Shown here piece by piece: positions 56,835 to 64,000 of a stretch of DNA of 64,000 nt. The translations under genes and the position numbers were made by a program. Positions within the stretch are counted from its first letter, which is position 1. Each line of letters opens with the position of its first letter. The notes below the pieces were generated by a model. It had not been told where the DNA came from. It saw only the letters and a program-made list of their open reading frames with translations, and did no database searches. The stretch comes from an uncultured Gemmatimonadaceae bacterium (lineage in GTDB: Bacteria > Gemmatimonadota > Gemmatimonadetes > Gemmatimonadales > Gemmatimonadaceae): assembly GCA_963740355.1 (NCBI GenBank), contig CAVUDW010000002.1, positions 1,792,001 to 1,856,000 of the forward strand. Reading direction: 5' to 3'.

Positions 56835-57854
56835 ATGCACGCTTCTCCGCTCGCCAAGTGTCCGTCGTGCGGCAGGTCCGTCGCCCGCGCGCAGGTGTGT
56901 GATCATTGCGCGGCGATCGAGGAGGAGTGGGCGCGACGCCCACTCCGGCCGATCATCCTGCCTGATGGCCCCGGACTCAGCGCTCGCGATACGCTGCCGA
57001 CACGACGGGACGGGCGCTGGCTGATGTTGTTTGGGCTCGGCGCCGTGATGGCCGCGGTGTTCTTCGTGTATCACCTGATCCCATCGCAGGAACCTTCGAC
57101 GGTGGCGGTGTCGCCTCCGCAAGCGGCCGTGAATACATCGACGCCGATCATCGAGATCCCGCGTGCCGTGGCGGCCACGATCGGCGACGCCGGGATCGCT
57201 CCGGAACTGCGCGCGGACAGCTCCGCTGCGTTCAGTGGTGCACGACCGGAAACTGATCTCCGTCCAAGCGCGGCGCGTACGCCCGATTTGGCGGTGAACA
57301 CGACCGCTGCGCAGCGGACCGCAGTTGCGGCTCGTGTGAATGGTGCGCCGGATGTCGTCGAAGCGGGCGACACATTGGCCGCGCCTGCGCCACCACCTCC
57401 TACGATCGAGCCGGCAGCGGTCGCAGCGCCGCGAGTCGTCAGGGGCGCAGCTGCGACTTTCACGACGAGTGTCGTGACGGGTGTCGTGACGGGTGTCGTT
57501 GTGAAGGCCGTCCCGGATGTCACGCCGCCAGCCACAACTCTCATCGAAGAAAGTGACGTGCGCAGCGCTGTGGCGCATTTCGTGGCCGGTATCCGAGCTC
57601 GTAGCGCTACCAACTTCGACCTGCTCGGATTTTACGGCGATGGTGCAGAGCATCGGGTGTCGCTGCGCGCCGCACCGCCTGCGATCGACGCAGCGTCTGC
57701 CACGACGCGTGTGGCATTCGAGCTGTCGCTCTCGAAGCGTGACGCCGTGGGACGCCGGTTCTCGCGGGTACTTCCGGTCACGATGACGATCACGAAGCGT
57801 GCAGGTGCCGTGGAGCTATCGGCTGTGGCCTTCGGTGCGCTGCGGAAGCCATGA
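56835..57854 (+). CDS. Hypothetical bitopic membrane protein with N-terminal zinc-ribbon and Pro/Ala-rich linker
   Basis: CPSC-x8-CDHC, one TM (WLMLFGLGAVMAAVFFVY), low-complexity linker, beta-rich C-terminus. Confidence 0.65.
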   Translation: MHASPLAKCPSCGRSVARAQVCDHCAAIEEEWARRPLRPIILPDGPGLSARDTLPTRRDGRWLMLFGLGAVMAAVFFVYHLIPSQEPSTVAVSPPQAAVNTSTPIIEIPRAVAATIGDAGIAPELRADSSAAFSGARPETDLRPSAARTPDLAVNTTAAQRTAVAARVNGAPDVVEAGDTLAAPAPPPPTIEPAAVAAPRVVRGAAATFTTSVVTGVVTGVVVKAVPDVTPPATTLIEESDVRSAVAHFVAGIRARSATNFDLLGFYGDGAEHRVSLRAAPPAIDAASATTRVAFELSLSKRDAVGRRFSRVLPVTMTITKRAGAVELSAVAFGALRKP

Positions 57855-57857
57855 GCC

Positions 57858-58514
57858 ATGGATTGTTCCTCACTCGATTCAATCTCTCGCCGGAGTTCGA
57901 TCAACATGCCGCAGCCCCGCTGTAAAAGGAGGTCGGCGCACCGCCTCGGTCTCGGAACCTGTGTCGCGTCGGCTCTCGCGATGCTGGTGGCTCGCCAAGG
58001 GTACGCGCAATCCGCACAACCGTATTCGTTGCAGGTGGCGGCACTGGCAACAACCCTCAGCCCAGCGGGCAGCCGGCTGACTGGCTTCGGGATCGAGCCA
58101 CAACTCCGGTTCAATCGCGTCTATTCGACGGAAAACCGCGGCGCGATTTCCGTCGGCGTTGGTGCGCAGTATTCGTTGCACTCTGGCGCGAACCAGCGCC
58201 ATCAACTGGTCGGCGTCTTCGTCGAGCCGCGTTGGGCGTTGCCGTTCAGCGCAGGCTGCGCGTATCCGTATTTGTCTGCCAGGGCAAGCGCGCTGCGCGT
58301 GCTGGCCGACTTCGAAGCTGGCGGCAGTGGTGCCTCGAACGGCTACGCGGTAGGGGCTGGACCTGGCGTCATGTTTCGCATGACACCATCGGCCAACCTC
58401 GACGTCGGCGTGCAATACCTGCGACAGGAGCTTGGCGCGATTCGCACCGTTCCGTTCAGTCCCACATCGTCGTTCGCTGCGCGCGTCGGCGTCACACTCG
58501 GCCTGCCGCGCTGA
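57858..58514 (+). CDS. Outer-membrane beta-barrel protein (8-strand type)
   Basis: Signal-like region, alternating beta strands, VFVEPRW, PYL, G.G.G, NLDVG, ARVGVTLG C-terminus. Start uncertain. Confidence 0.7.
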   Translation: MDCSSLDSISRRSSINMPQPRCKRRSAHRLGLGTCVASALAMLVARQGYAQSAQPYSLQVAALATTLSPAGSRLTGFGIEPQLRFNRVYSTENRGAISVGVGAQYSLHSGANQRHQLVGVFVEPRWALPFSAGCAYPYLSARASALRVLADFEAGGSGASNGYAVGAGPGVMFRMTPSANLDVGVQYLRQELGAIRTVPFSPTSSFAARVGVTLGLPR

Positions 58515-58571
58515 GCACTCGAATCACGCGCGGACGACAGGAGTCGACGCCGCGCGTGCCCAGGAGATGTT

Positions 58572-59504
58572 TCAGGCCGTGATCGTGAGGACTTGCGTGA
58601 TGTCCTCGCCTGGAAACGTCGTCGCCAGCAGCCGTTGCAGCTGGGCACTGGTGGCGGCATCGATCGTGGCACCGGGGTGCCGCACACGATTGCTCGCAAT
58701 GACGCCACGAAGGCGCAAAATCTCCTTGCGAATCGCCAACCCCGGCTGCTGCTCGAACACCAGCAACGGCAGGAAGCGGGTGAAGATGGCCGACGCTGCC
58801 GCGCTGTTGCCGGCGTTGTGCTCGCGCAGGATCGCCATCAACACCTCGGGAAAGGCGAAGCCAGTATTGAAGCCTTCCGAGCCGCGCTCGAGGTCGAACA
58901 GCCCGTAGAGCGCACCGAGCCCGGTGAGCACGGGAACCTTGCGGCCATTCGCCATGCCGGCGACGAGCGCCGCAATGCGTTGCGGGCTCGGAAGGGCCTC
59001 GCCCTTGATCCCTTCGATACGCGGAATATCACGCACCATGCGCAGGATCAGGTCAACCGACATGTGGACCTGACTGATCGCCGGATGATCCTGGAGGATG
59101 ATTGGCAGGGTAATGGCGGCTGCGACACGGTCGAAGTAGTCGAACACCGACTTGTCGCTCGGTGTGGGCTGCGCCGACGCCGTGATCATGACGGCCTGTG
59201 CGCCGAGGTCTGCGGCCTGGCGACTGAGCGCGATCGTGGCGAGAGTGCCGGTGTGGCTGGTACCAACGATCACCGGCATGCCCGCCGCGGCCTCGATGCC
59301 TGCGGCAACGATGCGGGAGCGGTCGTCGTCGGTGAGCCGGTTCGATTCGCCAAGGAGGCCAAGCAGCGTCACCCCGTCCACGCCAGCCGCCTTGTTGAAC
59401 TGAATCATGCGACGCAGCGAGTCGAGATCCAGCGACTCGTCATCGTGAAACGGCGTCGCCAGGATCGGAAAGACGCCGGTGAAACGGAAGGCCGATGTGG
59501 TCAT
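58572..59504 (-). CDS. Dihydrodipicolinate synthase / NAL family aldolase
   Basis: GVFPILATPF, LG..GE..L, VIVG, LQD.P, GIK Schiff-base lysine. Confidence 0.88.
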   Translation of the reverse strand: MTTSAFRFTGVFPILATPFHDDESLDLDSLRRMIQFNKAAGVDGVTLLGLLGESNRLTDDDRSRIVAAGIEAAAGMPVIVGTSHTGTLATIALSRQAADLGAQAVMITASAQPTPSDKSVFDYFDRVAAAITLPIILQDHPAISQVHMSVDLILRMVRDIPRIEGIKGEALPSPQRIAALVAGMANGRKVPVLTGLGALYGLFDLERGSEGFNTGFAFPEVLMAILREHNAGNSAAASAIFTRFLPLLVFEQQPGLAIRKEILRLRGVIASNRVRHPGATIDAATSAQLQRLLATTFPGEDITQVLTITA

Positions 59505-59517
59505 GAGGTGTGCCGAC

Positions 59518-60306
59518 TCAGTACGACTTCACCATGCCACCATCCACCAGCATGGTCTGGCCGGTGATGTAGGTATTGGCTGGTGAACCAAGGAAAACCG
59601 CGAGCTTCGCCATCTCGTCGGGCACACCGTAGCGGCCGACGGGGATCGTGCGGGATGTCTCGGCACGGATCTCGTCGGTGGACTTGCCGGCCTTGGTGGC
59701 GCGCATGGTGTCGAGCTGCGTAATGCGATCGGTCTGGATGCGGCCTGGGCCAAGCACATTCGCGAGGATGCCGTCCTTGCCTACTTCCCCAGCGAGGGTC
59801 TTGGTCATGCCCAGCACGCCCATCCGGAAGGTGTTCGACAGGATCAGGTTTTCGATCGGCGACTTCACGGACGACGAGGTGAAGTTCACGATCCGACCGC
59901 CGCCGCCCTTTCGCATGTGCGGCAACGCGGCGCGAATGCTGCGGATGAAGCTCAGGAGCGTGAGGTCGAAGGCTGACAGCCACGCGGCATCATCGAACGT
60001 GTCGAACGTGCCGGCCGGCGGGCCACCTCCGTTGTTGACCAGCGTGTAGAGGCCACCAAATGCCGACACGGTCGCGTCGACCACCATCGCGATCTGCTCC
60101 GCCTGGGTCAGGTCGGCCACCGTGTAGCGCGCATCGCGTCCGGTGGTGGCCTTGATCTCCGCCACCACCGACTGGAGCTCGGCTTCACGCCGACCGCAGA
60201 CCATCACATTGGCGCCCTCGCGCGCAAACTCCAGCGCGGCGGCCTTGCCGAGGCCAGCGCTCGACGCGCAGACGAGGACGGGGACATCGGTCAGGTGCAA
60301 ATCCAT
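59518..60306 (-). CDS. SDR family oxidoreductase
   Basis: ASSAGLG, VNNGGGPP, SSSVK, LSN..R, PGRI.TDR, DGG; start ATG 60306. Confidence 0.9.
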   Translation of the reverse strand: MDLHLTDVPVLVCASSAGLGKAAALEFAREGANVMVCGRREAELQSVVAEIKATTGRDARYTVADLTQAEQIAMVVDATVSAFGGLYTLVNNGGGPPAGTFDTFDDAAWLSAFDLTLLSFIRSIRAALPHMRKGGGGRIVNFTSSSVKSPIENLILSNTFRMGVLGMTKTLAGEVGKDGILANVLGPGRIQTDRITQLDTMRATKAGKSTDEIRAETSRTIPVGRYGVPDEMAKLAVFLGSPANTYITGQTMLVDGGMVKSY

Positions 60307-60444
60307 GAGTGCGGCCGCAGTACAGGGTGAAGGGGCGCTGGGGGCTGTCGGGAAACATATCGTGCCGACGCTGGCGTTCGTACGGCTTTGCTGCGATTCT
60401 GCCTCTGTCCCAGTCGTTGTGACAGCCCCCTCTGGAGCCCGACC

Positions 60445-62295
60445 TTGCCGACGCCCGAAGAATTGCTCGACCAGCTGCACCGTGATCTCGAAGTGCACGA
60501 TCATGACGAGGAGGCTACCGGCATCGATCGACGCCAGTTCATGTTCTATTCGCTGGTGACGGCGGCGGCGACGACGTTCGGGGCGAGTGCCGCGCAGGCG
60601 CAGCGGGCGCTGGCGGCCGGCGGGGCAACGCGCTTCGCATCCGCCAGCGGCCGGTCGCTGATCGATCAGGCGCAACAGGCAGTCGCCACGCTGGGCAATG
60701 GCGAGGCACCCGCGCTGCAATTCATGCCGTATCCCGGCGGTACCGGTGCGCTGATGGAAAAGTTGGCCCGCGAACGCGGACGCACGGCCTTCGACCGCGC
60801 CGTGTTCACGGTGCCGAAGTTCACCGGGGCCGTGCCGACGAACCCGGACGATATCGCCTTCCTCCCGGCGCATCGTCTTGCGTCGATGATTCGCGAGCGG
60901 AAGATCACGTCGGTGGCGCTGACGGAGATCTACCTCGCGCGTCTCAAGCGGCTCAATCCCACGTTGCTGTGTGCGGTCACGGTGATGGAGGAGTCTGCGC
61001 GTCGAGAAGCGGCGCAGGCCGACGCCGAGCTCAAGGCCGGCAAGTATCGTGGGCCGCTGCACGGCTTGCCGTACGGCGTGAAGGATCTCTTCAACACCAA
61101 GGGCATTCCGACGACATGGGGTGCGGCGGATTTTCAGGACCGCATCATCGACGAGGACGCGGAAGTGGTCGTGCGCCTGCGCAATGCGGGCGCCGTATTG
61201 ATCGCGAAACTGTCGACCGGACTGTTCGCGCAGAACGATCAGTGGTTCCGCGGCCGCACCAACAATCCCTGGAACCTGGTGCAGGGGTCGAGTGGATCGT
61301 CCGCTGGCCCGGCGTCGGCCACGGCGGCTGGCTGTGTCGCCTTCAGCATCGGCACCGAGACGCAGGGATCGATCGTGTCGCCGGCGGTCCGCTGTGGCGT
61401 GAGCGCGTTGCGGCCGACGTTCGGGCGCGTGAGCCGACAGGGCGGCATGGTGCTGGCCTGGTCACAGGATCGCGTGGGCCCGATTTGTCGGACAGTCGAA
61501 GACTGCGCGATGGTGTTCAACGTGATCCATGGTGTCGATGAAAAGGACCCCTCCACAATCACCACGCCGTTCCAGTTCGACCGCAACATCGCGCTGCCGT
61601 CGCTCCGCATTGGCGTCGATCCGAACGCACCGAAGGAGTTCGTCGACAAGCTGAAGGAACTCGGCATGGTGCCCAAGGTCATTGGTGCACGCCCGACAGT
61701 GGCCGGCATGGCTGGCGGTGGCCTGAATGTCGAATACGCGGCCGCCTTCGACTCGTACGTCCAGCGGAAGGCAAAGGAGATCGGTCTCGACCTGAACGCC
61801 TTGCCGGAGCCGCCACGCCCCGGCACTACACCGACGCCCGCGCCGGCACCCGTGACGACGCCGCAGCCGCCCACCAATCCGATGGCGCCGGCCGATTGGA
61901 ATCCGCGTTTTGTGCAGGGACGCACCGTGCGCGCGTTCGAGTTCCTGCAGAATCAGCGTCGCCGCTACATGCTGGTGTCGGCGTGGGGCGAGTTCATGAA
62001 GGATCTGGACATGTTCATCGGCAATCCCTTTGCGGATGTCGCACCGAATGCACAGACAGGCCACCCATGCGTGGTGGTGCCATACAAGATGGATGTGCCG
62101 GTGGTGCAGGGAGGCGGCGGTGGCGCCGCGGCTGCACGACCAGCGGGGGCACCAGCCACTCCACCGGTCGAGCTCAAGCCGCAGCCGATCTGTGGCGTGA
62201 TCGTCGGTGCGCTCTACAACGACGACAAGATCCTGTCGGTGGCACACCAGTTCCAGACGCATACCGACGTGCACACCAAGCGGCCGTCGATGTAA
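60445..62295 (+). CDS. Amidase-signature family enzyme with Tat-like leader
   Basis: DRRQFMF; GPLHGLPYGVKD, GSSGSSAG, GTETQGSIVSP; TTG start with upstream GGAG inferred. Confidence 0.9.
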   Translation: MPTPEELLDQLHRDLEVHDHDEEATGIDRRQFMFYSLVTAAATTFGASAAQAQRALAAGGATRFASASGRSLIDQAQQAVATLGNGEAPALQFMPYPGGTGALMEKLARERGRTAFDRAVFTVPKFTGAVPTNPDDIAFLPAHRLASMIRERKITSVALTEIYLARLKRLNPTLLCAVTVMEESARREAAQADAELKAGKYRGPLHGLPYGVKDLFNTKGIPTTWGAADFQDRIIDEDAEVVVRLRNAGAVLIAKLSTGLFAQNDQWFRGRTNNPWNLVQGSSGSSAGPASATAAGCVAFSIGTETQGSIVSPAVRCGVSALRPTFGRVSRQGGMVLAWSQDRVGPICRTVEDCAMVFNVIHGVDEKDPSTITTPFQFDRNIALPSLRIGVDPNAPKEFVDKLKELGMVPKVIGARPTVAGMAGGGLNVEYAAAFDSYVQRKAKEIGLDLNALPEPPRPGTTPTPAPAPVTTPQPPTNPMAPADWNPRFVQGRTVRAFEFLQNQRRRYMLVSAWGEFMKDLDMFIGNPFADVAPNAQTGHPCVVVPYKMDVPVVQGGGGGAAAARPAGAPATPPVELKPQPICGVIVGALYNDDKILSVAHQFQTHTDVHTKRPSM

Positions 62296-62336
62296 CAGTC
62301 CTCGCTGTCAGCACCTTCCACGCCTGACGAGGCACG

Positions 62337-62861
62337 ATGCCCTCCCACGCTGACCACCAGATCGCTGTTCGGCCGGCCACGCTCGATGACGTGATCCCGG
62401 TCACAGCGATCTACAATCATTTCGTCGATCACACGGTGGTCACGTTCGAAGAGGAGCGGGTCACGCCAGTGGAGTTCGGCAAACGAATGCACGCGGTCTG
62501 GTCGGCGTCGTTGCCGTTCCTGGTTGCGGAGCAGGGAGGAGCAGTCGTTGGGTACGCCTACGCCTCGAAGTGGAAGGAACGATCGGGATATCGATTCTCG
62601 GTCGAGGCGTCGGTGTATCTCGCGCCCGACGCTGGGGGGCGCGGCATCGGCTCGTCGCTGTACGGCACGCTCTTTCCGATGCTCGAAGCGAAGGGGGTGC
62701 ACGCCGTGATGGGCGGGATCGCGCTGCCGAACGACGCCAGTGTCGCGCTGCACGAAAAGTTCGGCATGCGGAAGGTGGCGCACTTCGAGGAGACGGGATT
62801 CAAGTTCGACCGCTGGATCGATGTCGGCTACTGGGAAAGGATCTTCCCACAGAAGACATGA
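62337..62861 (+). CDS. GNAT N-acetyltransferase (Pat/YncA/ArsN-like)
   Basis: IYNH.V..T.VTFEE, GYAYA..W..R.GY, SVY, GRGIGS, N.AS..LH.K.G, GFKF.RW.D. Confidence 0.9.
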   Translation: MPSHADHQIAVRPATLDDVIPVTAIYNHFVDHTVVTFEEERVTPVEFGKRMHAVWSASLPFLVAEQGGAVVGYAYASKWKERSGYRFSVEASVYLAPDAGGRGIGSSLYGTLFPMLEAKGVHAVMGGIALPNDASVALHEKFGMRKVAHFEETGFKFDRWIDVGYWERIFPQKT

Positions 62862-63019
62862 CATTCATGGCACGGCGCACCGCTCGGCATTCGCACTGAC
62901 GCGCGCGAGGTGCAGCACATCGCGCGCATGATCGTCGGGCCCACCATGCAGAACGCAGGGTGGGCCCGATGTCATTCCATCACACTGCCGCCTGCAGAAT
63001 GCCGCAGAACACTGCGGAA

Positions 63020-64000
63020 CTACTTGTTCGCCCAGAGCTGGCAGAAGGATGAGTTGTCGGTGCCCTCGATTTCGCTCCGACCCGTGACGTACACGGCGTT
63101 CATGAGCGCCTTTGGTGCGTACTTGATGTCGGTGATCTGGATGCCATGGTGCCGTCCTTCTTGGTCACGAACACCTTGCCGAAGTGGCCAAGGCCAAGCG
63201 AATGGCCCGTCTCGTGGGTGATGATCGTGTAGTTGTCGACAACATTGGCTGCCTGCGAGTTGCCCCAGGCAAAACGAGTGTTGTAGTAGATCTCGGCCAA
63301 CCCGATATCCGCGCGCCCATTGCGGTCGATGTCGGTAGGCTCGCCGGTGTCATCCACGAAATAGAACGTGAAGGTGACGCCGATGATGTTGTTGCCAGAG
63401 GGGCCGGCGAAGGCGGTGAAGAATGACGGCGCTTGCCACCCGGCTTGCACGATGTCAGAGACCTGCGCGTAGGGCCGGCCGCCGTCGCTGCCGAGGAAGA
63501 GGTTGTCGAGCAGGTCTGGGTCAAGGCCCGCCGGCACCGCAGTGCGCGTGATCGGTGCGGTGGAGCAGGTGCGGCCACGCCAGGCGGCCATCGTCTCCTC
63601 GAGAATGGGATCGAGTTCGGCGGACGGCACCTGTCGCAGTCCGGAGCCATCGGGATTCCGCGTGAATGGCTCGCGGCCCTGGCGCGGATCGAAGGCATAC
63701 GTGACGCCGATGCGGCCATCACGCCGCGGGTCGCCCGCAACCCACTCCGCCCCGATCCCGCGTGCCCGGTCGTTCGCGATCAGCGTCTGGGATGCACCGG
63801 TCCAGTTGGACGTGTCGACAATGAACTCCGCCTTGGCGACGCGGAAATGCGAACCGGAAACGGCCAACTGGGAATCGAGGTCGTTGAGGAAGGCGCTCAC
63901 CACCGGCGGATCGGCCGGCGCTGCCGCCTTCACGGCGCCCGCTGCAGATGTGGCGTCCGTGACCTGTTGATCCCCACTGCATCCAACGACGGCAACCGCT
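63020..64000 (-). CDS. Zinc metalloprotease lipoprotein (metzincin/matrixin-like), 5' end outside window; -1 frameshift near 63148
   Basis: VVGC lipobox at the window edge; HETGHSLGLGH; the shifted frame gives ...GIQITDIKYAPKALMNAVY...SSFCQLWANK* (Met-turn ALM). Confidence 0.8.

Noticed and set aside
59518..61062. 514-aa extended SDR ORF
   Set aside because: The N-terminal extension overlaps the divergent amidase; the SDR starts at ATG 60306.
62337..62861. Specific antibiotic-resistance call (phosphinothricin or arsinothricin acetyltransferase)
   Set aside because: Family is recognisable but substrate cannot be inferred; no ars or biosynthetic context.

Overview
High-GC (roughly two-thirds G+C by eye) bacterial chromosomal segment. 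The gene style (SusC-type TonB receptor, many signal-peptide hydrolases, NHL/PQQ/LVIVD/DUF305 proteins) suggests a Gemmatimonadota-like organism, which is inference only. About 54 CDS are supportable. They are dominated by exported peptidases, amidases and serine hydrolases, plus two two-component systems, TetR and GntR-LacI regulators, a clear TPP riboswitch in front of a TonB-dependent receptor, class I fumarase, mmuM, an Old Yellow Enzyme and two palindromic REP/MITE-like repeats. No rRNA, tRNA, CRISPR, transposase, integrase or phage genes were seen. Five genes carry single-base frameshifts, most likely assembly indels. The best candidate for an undescribed system is a three-gene cassette at 14539-17041: an Lgt-like diacylglyceryl transferase lacking the canonical HGG histidine, a Tes/GDGT-MAS (MJ0619)-like multi-Fe-S radical SAM enzyme, and a 75-aa two-helix membrane peptide with a lipobox-like Cys. 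Next are a HupE/UreJ-cytochrome c fusion co-oriented with a PQQ dehydrogenase between two NHL proteins, and clustered D-(S/T)-x motifs in exported proteins that resemble the Bacteroidota O-glycosylation sequon.
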